Shown piece by piece: positions 35,213-44,471 of a DNA stretch of 64,000 nt. Every line of letters starts with the position of its first letter. The first letter of the stretch is position 1. Origin of the DNA: Alphaproteobacteria bacterium (lineage in GTDB: Bacteria > Pseudomonadota > Alphaproteobacteria > SHVV01). The notes under the pieces are model-generated. The model made no database searches and was not told the DNA's origin. It saw nothing but the letters and a program-made list of their open reading frames with translations. The stretch covers positions 1,312,001 through 1,376,000 of the forward strand of contig OZ253470.1 of the NCBI GenBank assembly GCA_965261735.1, given 5' to 3'. Position numbers and translations under genes: made by a program.

Positions 35213-35779
35213 TCAGGCGTGGCCGGCTTCGCCCGATAGCATCGACACGTCGATCCCGAGCTTGGCCACGGCGCTGGTCCATTTCTCGTGAATGTTGACG
35301 CCGAAGATGAGGCCTTCGTCGGCCGGCGCGTGGAGCCAGCCGTTGGCCTGTATCTCGGTGTCGAGCTGGCCCGGCGCCCAGCCGGCATAGCCGAGCGCGA
35401 GCAGGCGCTGGCGCGGGCCCTCGCCCGTGGCGATGGAGCGCAGCACATCGATCGACGCGGTCAGGCCGATGTTGTCGTTGACGTTCATGGTGCCCGACTG
35501 GGAGTAATCCGCCGTGTGGAGCACGAAGCCGCGGCTTGTCTCCACGGGGCCGCCGAAATGGACTTTGATCTCGTGAATGGTGCCGGGCGCCTCGATCCCG
35601 AGCTGCTCGAGGAGGTCGGGAAAGGTGATGTTGTCGAGCAGGCGATTGAGCACGAGCCCCATCGCGCCAGCCGGCGAATGCGCGCACATGTAGATGACGG
35701 TCCGCTCGAACCGGGGGTCACCCATGCTCGGCATCGCGATCAAGAGCTGGCCGGTGAGGTACGCGGAATCGTCAGCCAT
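35213..35779 (-). CDS. YqgE/AlgH (UPF0301) family protein
   Basis: LLIAMPSMGDPRF, GAMGLVLN, GGPV, GYAGWAPGQL, GHA C-terminus. Confidence 0.93.
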   Translation of the reverse strand: MADDSAYLTGQLLIAMPSMGDPRFERTVIYMCAHSPAGAMGLVLNRLLDNITFPDLLEQLGIEAPGTIHEIKVHFGGPVETSRGFVLHTADYSQSGTMNVNDNIGLTASIDVLRSIATGEGPRQRLLALGYAGWAPGQLDTEIQANGWLHAPADEGLIFGVNIHEKWTSAVAKLGIDVSMLSGEAGHA

Positions 35780-35954
35780 GGCGTTCATGTCCCATGAAGA
35801 ACCGCTCGATAAGCACGCGCCGCGCCGTTTTATTGCCAACGGCGCTTCACGATAATATGAGCCCACTCCCTTAATCAAACTTCTATATTGGCCTTCCGAT
35901 AAAGCGCGGAAGCGGCCAGCGACGGGCGCCGGCGAGATGCTACGGGGCAAGGTC

Positions 35955-36806
35955 ATGAGGGGTATCGGCTGGCTGTTGTTGCTGGCGATCGTCGCGGGCA
36001 CCGCCATGCGGCCCGCGCCGGCGGCGGCGCAGGCAACCCCGTGGGTGGCGTCCGAGTCCTCGCGCGCGCGCCTGGTCGCAACCACGAGCGGCGTCGGTGC
36101 GGGCGAGTCGGTGACGCTCGGCCTCCATATCCGCCTGGCCAAGGGTTGGAAGACCTATTGGCGCGTGCCGGGTGACTCGGGCGTGCCGCCGCGACTCGAC
36201 TGGCGCGGCTCGGGCAATGTCGCCGCCGCACAACCCGCCTGGCCGGCGCCGACGCGCTACAGCGCGTTCGGGTTCGACACCTTCGGTTACGCGGACGAGG
36301 TCGTGTTCCCGATCACCGTGACGCTCACGCGCCCCGGGACGACGGCGCAGCTGCGGTTGTCCGTCGACTACGCCGCCTGCGAGCGCATCTGCGTCCTCGA
36401 GGAAGCTCAGTTCGTGCTCGACATTCCCGCCGGGGACGCGCTGCCGACCCCCCATGCGGCGCTGGTCGAGCGTTACGCCATGCGCGTACCGAAATCCGGC
36501 GAGGGCGCGCCCTTCGTCGTCGAAAGCCTGGTGGTCGATCGCGGCGCCGAACCGACCTTGCTAATCACCGCGCAGTCGGCTGGGGCGCCCTTTGTCGCGC
36601 CCGACCTGTTCGTCGAGGGGCCCGCGGGGCTAACCTTTGGTGCGCCCGAGATTGAATTCAACGAGGCCGGGCACATCGCCCAATTCGCGCTCCCCATTCG
36701 CCCGGCGGGCGAGGGCGCGTCGCTCGAAGGGGAAACGCTCACGCTGACCCTGGTCGACGGTGGGCGCAGCGCCGAGCAGGTGCTGACCGCGGGCTCGGGC
36801 AGCTAG
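35955..36806 (+). CDS. DsbD N-terminal (disulphide corrector) domain exported protein
   Basis: Signal peptide, GWKTYWRVPGDSGVPP, WPAP, ACERIC. Confidence 0.85.
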   Translation: MRGIGWLLLLAIVAGTAMRPAPAAAQATPWVASESSRARLVATTSGVGAGESVTLGLHIRLAKGWKTYWRVPGDSGVPPRLDWRGSGNVAAAQPAWPAPTRYSAFGFDTFGYADEVVFPITVTLTRPGTTAQLRLSVDYAACERICVLEEAQFVLDIPAGDALPTPHAALVERYAMRVPKSGEGAPFVVESLVVDRGAEPTLLITAQSAGAPFVAPDLFVEGPAGLTFGAPEIEFNEAGHIAQFALPIRPAGEGASLEGETLTLTLVDGGRSAEQVLTAGSGS

Positions 36807-36882
36807 GCTGAGACGGTAAACCCCTACCTCGGCGCGAGGGAGCGCCTCCACCTGCAAGATCCACCGTTTTGGGAGCGTGCCC

Positions 36883-37365
36883 ATGACGATCAAGGTTGGC
36901 GACAGAATCCCGCAGACAACCCTCCACTACATGGCCGAGTCGAGGCCGGCGCAGATATCGACGGATGATGTCTTCGCGGGCAAACGCGTCGCGCTGTTCT
37001 CGGTACCTGGCGCCTTCACGCCGACATGCTCGAACCAGCACCTCCCGGGCTTCGTCAAGAGCGCGGGCGCGCTTCATGCCAAGGGCATCGATGCCATCGC
37101 CTGCGTGGCCGTGAACGATGCCTTCGTCATGCATGCCTGGGGCGAGGCTCAAGGCGTCGGCGACAAGGTGCAGATGCTGGCCGACGGCAACGGCGCCTTC
37201 GCCGCCGCGCTCGGGGTCGAGCTCGATGCGAGCGCCCATGGCCTCGGCACGCGCTCGCGCCGATTCTCGATGATCGTCAACGACGGCGTGGTCGAGGCCC
37301 TCAACCTCGAGGAGGGCGGCGGCTTCGAGGTGAGCTCCGCCGAGCGCCTCCTCGACCAAGCCTAA
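36883..37365 (+). CDS. peroxiredoxin (Prx5 type)
   Basis: VPGAFTPTCS, VNDAFVM.AW, RSRRFS. Confidence 0.95.
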   Translation: MTIKVGDRIPQTTLHYMAESRPAQISTDDVFAGKRVALFSVPGAFTPTCSNQHLPGFVKSAGALHAKGIDAIACVAVNDAFVMHAWGEAQGVGDKVQMLADGNGAFAAALGVELDASAHGLGTRSRRFSMIVNDGVVEALNLEEGGGFEVSSAERLLDQA

Positions 37366-37391
37366 AAGAGAGCGTCGGGGCCAGCGCCCGG

Positions 37392-37847
37392 CTAGGGGGC
37401 GGGCGGCTGCGCCAGGGCCTCGCGCGCGAGCGCGTCGGCGCGCTCGTTTTCCGGGTGGCCTGAATGGCCCCGGACCCAGCGCCACTCGACCTCATGGCGC
37501 GCCAACGCCGTATCGAGTCGCTGCCATAGGTCGATGTTCTTGACCGGCTTGCGGGCCGCGGTGCGCCAGCCGTTCGTCTTCCATTTGTTGATCCACGCGG
37601 TGATGCCGTCGCGCAGATATTTGCTGTCGGTGTGAAGAACGGCGCGCACCGGCCGCTTCAGCGCCTCGAGCGCGGCGATCGCCGCCATGAGCTCCATGCG
37701 GTTGTTGGTGGTCGCGGGCGCCGCGCCACTGATTTCGCGCGTGTGGTCGCCAGAGACGAGCAGCGCGCCCCAGCCGCCGGGCCCTGGGTTGCCCGAACAC
37801 GCGCCGTCGGTATAGATGTCGACCCGCTCGACCTCGGTGCCGGTCAT
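37392..37847 (-). CDS. rnhA: ribonuclease HI
   Basis: [44 protein letters not shown]. Confidence 0.97.
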   Translation of the reverse strand: MTGTEVERVDIYTDGACSGNPGPGGWGALLVSGDHTREISGAAPATTNNRMELMAAIAALEALKRPVRAVLHTDSKYLRDGITAWINKWKTNGWRTAARKPVKNIDLWQRLDTALARHEVEWRWVRGHSGHPENERADALAREALAQPPAP

Positions 37848-38815
37848 GCCGCGCGCTCGAGGCCGTAGGCCGCGGGTCCCTTGACGTCGCGGTGGAAGCG
37901 GAGCTTGTGGAGGTATTCGAGCGGATCCTTGGGGCGGACGAGCGCGCCCTCGACGTGGTGGATCCAGTCGTGCAGGCGCGTGAGCAGGAAGCGCAGCGCG
38001 GCTCCCCGGGCGAGCAGCGGCAGCGCGTCGAGCTCGGCTGCGGTGAGCGTGCGCACCTTGCCGTAGGCGGCAAGCAGCGCGCGCGCCTTGGTGATGTTGA
38101 AGGAACCATCGGGCTCGAAGCACCACGCGTTCATCGAGATCGCCAGGTCGTAGGTGAGGGAGTCGTTGCAGGCGAAATAGAAATCGATGAATCCCGACAG
38201 GCTGCCATCGAGGAAAAAGACGTTGTCGGGAAAGAGGTCGGCGTGGATGATCCCCTGGGGGAGTTCGGCCGGCCATGCCGCGGCGAGGTCGGCATACTCC
38301 CCGGCGATTTCGGCGCCCAGCCCGGGCCGCACCTCGTCGGCGCGGCCGCCGCACGCCGCTAGGAGCTTGCGCCAACCGTCGACCGATAGATCGTTGGCGC
38401 GAACCTGAGCGAACTCGGCGCCGGCCAGATGCATCTGCGCCATGGCGCGCCCGACCTCGGCACAGTGCGCCACCGTGGGCCGGCGCACCCACAGCCCGGC
38501 CAGGTAGCTCACGATCGCGGCCGGCCGGCCGGCGAGCTCGCGCAGCGCAGCGCCGTCGCTGCCGTGGATCGGCGTGGGGCACGCGAGGCCCCGGCTCGCC
38601 AGGTGATCCATGAGGCCGAGAAAGAAGGGCAGGTCGCGCCTGGCGACGCGCTTCTCGTAGAGCGTGAGGATGTAGGTGCCGGCGCTCGTCAGCAGCAGGT
38701 AGTTCGAGTTCTCGACGCCCTCGGCGATGCCCTTACAGGAAACGACCCGGCCGATGTCGTACTGGGCCACGAAACGGATCAGCTCGTCGTCGGGAAACTC
38801 GGTGTAGACGGCCAT
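37844..38815 (-). CDS. thrB: homoserine kinase type II
   Basis: [40 protein letters not shown]. Confidence 0.95.
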   Translation of the reverse strand: MAVYTEFPDDELIRFVAQYDIGRVVSCKGIAEGVENSNYLLLTSAGTYILTLYEKRVARRDLPFFLGLMDHLASRGLACPTPIHGSDGAALRELAGRPAAIVSYLAGLWVRRPTVAHCAEVGRAMAQMHLAGAEFAQVRANDLSVDGWRKLLAACGGRADEVRPGLGAEIAGEYADLAAAWPAELPQGIIHADLFPDNVFFLDGSLSGFIDFYFACNDSLTYDLAISMNAWCFEPDGSFNITKARALLAAYGKVRTLTAAELDALPLLARGAALRFLLTRLHDWIHHVEGALVRPKDPLEYLHKLRFHRDVKGPAAYGLERAA

Positions 38816-38823
38816 CGCCCCAA

Positions 38824-39780
38824 TCACCCCGCCAGTGCGTGGGGCAGCCGAAAGCGCACATCCTCCTGGGCGACGGCGACCTCCTCGATGCTCACGCGGA
38901 AGCGCTCGCCGAGGGCGGCGATGACCTCGCCGACGAGCTGCTCGGGTGCCGACGCACCGGCGCTGACACCTACGGTGCGCACGCCCGCGAGCGCCGGCCA
39001 ATCGATGTCCGCGGCGCGCACGACCAGGGCCGCGCCCGCGCACCCGGCGGCACGCGCGACCTCGACGAGCCGCAGCGAGTTCGACGAGTTCGGCGCACCG
39101 ATGATGAGCACGGCCTGGCAGCGCCCGGCGATCGCCTGCACCGCCTGCTGGCGGTTGGTGGTGGCGTAGCAGATGTCCTCCTTGTGGGGCCCGCGAATGG
39201 CCGGAAAACAGTGCTTGAGCTCGGCGACGATGGTGGCGGTGTCGTCGACCGACAGGGTCGTCTGGGTGAGATAGGCGAGGTGGTCCGGATCGTCGGTCGC
39301 GAAGGCGCGGGCGCCGGCGAGGTCCTCGACGAGCGTCATCGCGCCGTCCGGGACCTGGCCCATGGTACCAACCACTTCCGGGTGGCCGGAGTGGCCGATG
39401 AGCACGATGTGGCGCCCCTCGCGGTGATGGTGCTCGGCCTCGCGGTGGACCTTGGTCACCAGCGGACACGTGGCGTCGAGGTGGTCGAGCCCACGGCCCA
39501 CGGCCTGTTCCGGCACCGACTTCGGTACGCCGTGGGCGGAGAACACCACGTGCGCGCCCTCCGGCACCTCGTCGAGCTCGTCGACGAAGACCGCGCCGCG
39601 CGCCTCGAGGCCCTCAACCACGAAGCGGTTGTGGACGATCTCGTGGCGCACGTAGACCGGCGCGCCATACTTGGCGAGCGCGGTCTCGACGATCTGGATC
39701 GCGCGATCGACGCCGGCGCAGAAGCCGCGCGGATGGGCGAGCAGGACGGCGAGCGGCGGCTTGTGCGGCGGCTTGGGCAT
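38824..39780 (-). CDS. ispH: 4-hydroxy-3-methylbut-2-enyl diphosphate reductase
   Basis: [44 protein letters not shown]. Confidence 0.97.
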   Translation of the reverse strand: MPKPPHKPPLAVLLAHPRGFCAGVDRAIQIVETALAKYGAPVYVRHEIVHNRFVVEGLEARGAVFVDELDEVPEGAHVVFSAHGVPKSVPEQAVGRGLDHLDATCPLVTKVHREAEHHHREGRHIVLIGHSGHPEVVGTMGQVPDGAMTLVEDLAGARAFATDDPDHLAYLTQTTLSVDDTATIVAELKHCFPAIRGPHKEDICYATTNRQQAVQAIAGRCQAVLIIGAPNSSNSLRLVEVARAAGCAGAALVVRAADIDWPALAGVRTVGVSAGASAPEQLVGEVIAALGERFRVSIEEVAVAQEDVRFRLPHALAG

Positions 39781-39961
39781 GGGCGGGCCTCCTCGCCTCA
39801 TCCTAGCGGATTTCGCCGCGAGCCGGCCATGGCGTTGGCCTGGATCGAACTCGCAGTACGCGCGCGCCCGGTGCTTGTGCGGCCCAACCGGCTCCGATAC
39901 AGTCGCCGCGGCCGGCGCGGGCCGCGACGCCTGCCAGGCACATAACGAGGGAACACTTGAC

Positions 39962-40204
39962 ATGCCTGACGGACAGATCGCCCAAAAGGGGCCCTACCCC
40001 CAAGAAGTCGAAGCCGGCAAGTCGTACTATTGGTGTGCCTGCGGGCGCAGCAACAACCAGCCTTTCTGCGATGGCTCCCACAAGGAGGCGCCAGGTTTCG
40101 AGCCGATTCCGTATACGGCCGAGCGCGCCACCACCGTCTATTTCTGCGGCTGCAAGCACAGCGCCAACAAGCCGCTCTGCGACGGCACCCACGGCAAGCT
40201 TTAG
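39962..40204 (+). CDS. tandem CDGSH iron-sulfur domain protein
   Basis: [17 protein letters not shown] and [17 protein letters not shown]; GAGGG RBS. Confidence 0.93.
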   Translation: MPDGQIAQKGPYPQEVEAGKSYYWCACGRSNNQPFCDGSHKEAPGFEPIPYTAERATTVYFCGCKHSANKPLCDGTHGKL

Positions 40205-40241
40205 AGACCCGGCGCGGCGCCCAGCCTCGGGGCGCAGCAAG

Positions 40242-40763
40242 ATGCGCGCCGCGCTGGCGGCGCCGGTGGTGGCGCTGGCCGCGACGCTGGCGGCCTGCGG
40301 CGGCGGTCCGGAGCCGATCAATCCGTGCCCGCGCGTCTCGATCCTGCGCGACGCAGAGAGCTTGACGCGGTTCGTGCCGGGGCCAGGGCGCGACCTTATC
40401 GACGTGCGCTTCGAGAGCGCCTTCGGCGCCATCAACGCGACCTGCCGCGTACGCGAGGACCGCGTCGACATGAGCCTCGACATCGAGGTCATCGCGAACC
40501 TGGGCCCGGCGGCGCAAGCGCGCGTGGCCGAGGTTCACTATTTCGTCGCCGTCATCGACCGCACCGGCGCGATCCTCGCCAAGGAGGCCTTCGCGGCGGC
40601 GATCGAGTTCCCCGGGAGCGCGAGCCGCGCCGGCTTGCGCGACGAGATCGTCCCGCGCATACCGCTCGCCGAGGGCGCCCGCGCCGCCGACTACGAGGTC
40701 CTGATCGGTTTCCAGCTCGACGCCGCCGAACTCGACTACAACCGCCGCAAGGCCGTGCGCTAA
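40242..40763 (+). CDS. hypothetical lipoprotein
   Basis: Lipobox LAAC, then CPRVSI...YFVAV...YEVLIGFQL..YNR. Confidence 0.8.
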   Translation: MRAALAAPVVALAATLAACGGGPEPINPCPRVSILRDAESLTRFVPGPGRDLIDVRFESAFGAINATCRVREDRVDMSLDIEVIANLGPAAQARVAEVHYFVAVIDRTGAILAKEAFAAAIEFPGSASRAGLRDEIVPRIPLAEGARAADYEVLIGFQLDAAELDYNRRKAVR

Positions 40764-40807
40764 CACGACCATTCCCGATCAGCCCAGATCTCCCGGTCCG
40801 CGGGCCC

Positions 40808-40944
40808 CATGCTTCGACAGGCTCAGCATGAGGTCTTGATGGCTGGCAAATCGGCTCCCTCACCCTGATCTTGTCGAAGGATGAGCCCTTCGAAGGGTCG
40901 GCGGTGCCAAACCCCACCTCACCCTGAGCCTGTCGAAGGGTGAG
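40808..40944. repeat. cluster of three REP-like palindromes
   Basis: CATGCTTCGACAGGCTCAGCATGAGG (40808-40833); inverted copies CCTCACCCTGATCTTGTCGAAGGATGAG (40858-40885) and CCTCACCCTGAGCCTGTCGAAGGGTGAG (40917-40944). Confidence 0.85.
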
Positions 40945-41044
40945 CCCGCCGCATCCCTCGGCGAATGCGCGGCTGAATCGACACCCGCGCAACAAAATTA
41001 CGCTCGCGCCCCCTCCCTGCGCGTCCAAGTCAATGCGTTATGAT

Positions 41045-41073
41045 TTGACACGGCTCTAAATGTATCGTATAAT
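41045..41073 (+). promoter_or_regulatory. perfect consensus sigma70 promoter for the muramidase gene
   Basis: TTGACA-N17-TATAAT, followed by GAGGGAGAG RBS and ATG 41109. Confidence 0.8.
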
Positions 41074-41108
41074 GATACGTAACGCATCACGTCTGAGGGA
41101 GAGCGGCG

Positions 41109-41992
41109 ATGAGCTTCATGATCGAGGCCCGGAAGATCGAGAGAATTCACGTAAGCGGCGCGGACACCGCGAAGGTCAAGCCGGACTACATCGCCGAGCG
41201 CCTGGCGAAGCTCGCCGGCTGGGCCTACGGCTGGAAGTGGCACAAATACTTTCTCGTCGAGAAGGGCACTGGCTGCAGGGTGGAGGACGCCAAGGATAAG
41301 CCCGTGTGCAAGACCGGGCTGCGTCCTTCGTTCGGCTCGATGGATGTGGAGAAGGAATATTTCGATCAGCTGGAGGGCTCCGAGGGCCGCATCCCCTACA
41401 TGTACCTCGATTCTAAGGGCAACGTGACCGTGGGCCTGGGCCACCTGATCGAGAGCCCGGAGGCAGCGACCGGCCTTCGGTTCTATTGGGGGCGCACGGT
41501 GGTCGACTACGACTATCCGGCCTCGGCCGAGGACATAAGATGGGCGTTCGAGGCGGTCCACAAAAGACAAGACCTTGCAAGCGGCGGGCACACCAAGTTC
41601 GAACCTCTGACCGACATCAGGATGTCGCAGAACGACATCGGCGACCTGGCGGTGCTCGATATCTGGCGAAAGGTACAGGAGATAAAAAGGAAGACAGAGT
41701 TTTCCGGCTTCGACACCTTCCCGCCCGCGGCCAAGCTCGGGCTCTTGGACATCGCCTACAACTCGGGTGTCGCGGTATTTATCATCCGCCGGAAAAAGGC
41801 GGGTTCCCGGAACTCATCAAAGCCGTGGAAATGCGCGACTGGAAACGGGCGGCAAGGGAATCGGGTCGCGAGATCGTGTCCGAAGAGCGCAACATGCAGG
41901 TGCGGAAGTGGTTCGAGGAGGCGGCCAAGAAGGAGCCCCATTTCATCCACCCCACCTGCAGGGCGAAAGGCCTGCAACAGTGGTACTTCTAG
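41109..41992 (+). pseudogene. GH24/T4-lysozyme-like muramidase with N-terminal extension; single-base frameshift near 41773-41776
   Basis: EGRIPYMYLDSKGNVTVGLGHL contains the E-X8-D-X5-T triad. LLDIAYNSGV continues in another frame as GFPELIKAVEMRDWKRAARE...RN to TAG 41992. Confidence 0.8.
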
Positions 41993-42030
41993 CGGACAAA
42001 CCCGGAGGGCCCATCCGACGGGTGGCACTC

Positions 42031-42781
42031 CTAGCCGCGGCAGGCCTCTATTTCCGCTGTATTCAGGATTCGCAACACGGCATTTGGATACGCCCGCGAC
42101 AATAGGAGCTGCCGCGTCCCTCCCCATGTCCCTCCCGTCGCGCCCGCCACTACCCGCACCACCAGGTCGTCGAGCCCGTCGCCGTTGAAGTCGCCGCGCG
42201 CCATCGCCTCGACGCCAACGCTCATTCCCGGCGACTCGAACTCCATTTCATTTGGGCCAGCAATCTTGATTTTGCTCACCTCAGAAGCCTGGGCGAGCGG
42301 GATACCCTTTTCGTTGGCCTCGCATTGCCATCTCACCCCGCTGGTAAAGGGATGCAGATCGACCATGGCCGGCAGGTAGTTGATCGCGTCGGCGTCGAGC
42401 GCGAACTCCCGAACGTGGCTCTTTCGCGCCGGTTTCGCGTGCCGCAGCAATTCGATGATGCGGCACGTTATCTCGTTATACTATAGGGCCTTAAAGTTTG
42501 GGTTTATGCGCGCTTCGTAGCCCTGCGCCGCCCAATGCTTGAGCGAGTTGCAGTTGTCGACATGCGCGCTCTTCCGCTCCCCCCCCCTTGCCCTTGTAGA
42601 CGGTGAAGTCGAGCGTCCGCCGCGCAAGCCTCTCGTCGATGTCACCGAGGCTTTCAAGCTCCAGCGCCGGAGACCACCACACCGGGTAGGCTTCTTCCTC
42701 GGCCATCGAGTGCGATGCCGCGAGCGCCGCTGTCATTGCGGCCGCGAGCAGCCGTGCCGATCGCCTCGCCCCACGCCTCAT
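42031..42781 (-). pseudogene. secreted hypothetical protein with DxNGDG (FG-GAP-like) motif; frameshift in G9 run plus in-frame TAG
   Basis: Signal peptide, then YPVWWSPALELESL. Removing one G from the run at 42579-42587 gives ...DNCNSL...FKAL*YNEITCRIIELLRHAKPAR...RGDFNGDGLDDLVV, in frame to 42031. Confidence 0.7.
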
Positions 42782-42893
42782 GAAGACATCCTACGGCAGT
42801 CCTCATCCACGATGCATCCACATTCGCAACCTGTGGCTGCGGGGCCGCCCCGGGGGTGCGCCGCGGCGTACGCGTAGTGTATAGTCGCCGGCC

Positions 42894-44471
42894 ATGTCCG
42901 GTTCGCGCCCACGCCCGCTGGTGCTCTGCGTCCTCGATGGCTGGGGCCATCGCCGCGAGACCGACCACAACGCGATAGCACTGGCGCAGACGCCCCACTA
43001 CGACGGTTTCCTGAGCCATTGCCCGCACAGCCTGCTCGCCGCCTCGGCCGCCGACGTCGGCTTGGCGGCGGGGCAGATGGGCAACTCCGAGGTCGGCCAC
43101 ATGAACCTCGGTGCGGGCCGCGTGGTGGTCCAGGACCTACCGCGCGTGGACGCCGCGATCGCCGACCGCAGCCTGTTCGCGGCGCCGGCTTTCGCGCGCC
43201 TCGCCGAGCACCTTGGCCGCGGCGGCACCTGCCACCTCATGGGCCTGCTCTCGCCCGGCGGCGTGCACGCCCACCAGGCGCATTTGGCCGCGCTCGCCCG
43301 CGCACTGACTGAGCGCGGAGTCCGCGTCGCGCTGCACGCCTTCCTCGACGGCCGCGACACGCCGCCCCGGAGCGCGCGCGACCACCTCGCGCGCTACTTG
43401 GCCGATACCGCCGACCTCGAGGACCATGCGGTGGCGACCCTGTGTGGGCGCTACTACGCGATGGACCGTGACAAGCGCTGGCCGCGCGTGGCCGAGGCGT
43501 ACGGCGCCATCATCGACGCCGCGGGCGCGCACGCCGCCGATCCGCTCGCCGCCATCGAGGCCGCCTACGCGGTCGACCTCGGCGATGAGTTCGTGGTGCC
43601 GACCGCGATCGGCGACTACACCGGGATGCGTGACGGTGACGGGCTGCTGATGGCCAACTTCCGCTCCGACCGGGCGCGCGAGATTCTCGCAGCCCTTGTC
43701 GAGCCCGATTTCGACGGCTTCGTCCGACCGCGCACGGTCTCGCTCATCGCCGCCGGCATGGTCGAATATTCGGCCGCGCTCAATGCTCACATGCCAGCGC
43801 TGCTGCCCGCCCTCGACGTCGAGGCGACCCTCGGCGAGCTCATCGCGCGGGCCGGCTTGAGCCAGCTGCGCATCGCCGAAACCGAGAAGTACGCGCACGT
43901 CACCTTCTTCTTCAGCGGCGGCCGCGAGGCGCCGTTCCCGGCCGAGGAGCGCATTCTCGTGCCCTCGCCCAAGGTCGCCACCTACGACCTCAAGCCGGAG
44001 ATGTCGGCCGTCGAAGTAACCGACCGGCTGGTCGCGGCGATCGACGAGGGGCGCTTCGATTTCATCCTCGTCAACTACGCCAACACGGACATGGTCGGCC
44101 ACACCGGCATCCTGCCCGCGGCGGTGCGCGCGGTCGAAGCGGTCGACCCTTGCCTCGGCCGGCTCGCTGACGCGGTGCGCCGCGCGGGTGGCGCCCTGAT
44201 CGTCACCGCCGACCATGGTAACGCCGAGCGCATGCACGACCCCGGCGCCGGCCAGCCGCACACCCAGCACACCACGGAACTCGTCCCGCTGATCCTCGCC
44301 GTGCCGCCGCGCCAGGGGCTGGCGCTACGCGACGGCCGGCTCGCCGACGTCGCCCCCACGGCGCTCGCGCTCCTCGGGCTCGCACAGCCCGCCGCCATGG
44401 CGGGCCGGTCCCTGCTCGTGGCGGCGCGACAACGCAACGGCATCGGCGCCACGAGCAGCGCCAATGTTTGA
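42894..44471 (+). CDS. gpmI: 2,3-bisphosphoglycerate-independent phosphoglycerate mutase
   Basis: LDGWG, QMGNSEVGH, GRYYAMDRD, AETEKYAHVTFF, DMVGHTG, TADHGN. Confidence 0.97.
   Translation: MSGSRPRPLVLCVLDGWGHRRETDHNAIALAQTPHYDGFLSHCPHSLLAASAADVGLAAGQMGNSEVGHMNLGAGRVVVQDLPRVDAAIADRSLFAAPAFARLAEHLGRGGTCHLMGLLSPGGVHAHQAHLAALARALTERGVRVALHAFLDGRDTPPRSARDHLARYLADTADLEDHAVATLCGRYYAMDRDKRWPRVAEAYGAIIDAAGAHAADPLAAIEAAYAVDLGDEFVVPTAIGDYTGMRDGDGLLMANFRSDRAREILAALVEPDFDGFVRPRTVSLIAAGMVEYSAALNAHMPALLPALDVEATLGELIARAGLSQLRIAETEKYAHVTFFFSGGREAPFPAEERILVPSPKVATYDLKPEMSAVEVTDRLVAAIDEGRFDFILVNYANTDMVGHTGILPAAVRAVEAVDPCLGRLADAVRRAGGALIVTADHGNAERMHDPGAGQPHTQHTTELVPLILAVPPRQGLALRDGRLADVAPTALALLGLAQPAAMAGRSLLVAARQRNGIGATSSANV

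Noticed and set aside
35871-35885. CtrA box between yqgE and the dsbD-like gene
   Set aside because: Only one TTAA half-site; the second half reads TCTA.
40808-40944. CRISPR array
   Set aside because: The copies are in mixed orientation with irregular spacing, and there are no cas genes.
41773-42188. C-terminal part of the 359-aa ORF 41109..42188
   Set aside because: It is out-of-frame run-on after the frameshift; the lysozyme C-terminal motifs are in the frame ending at 41992.
40800-42800. Prophage remnant
   Set aside because: No integrase, holin, structural gene or visible att repeat; only the lysozyme fold is phage-like.
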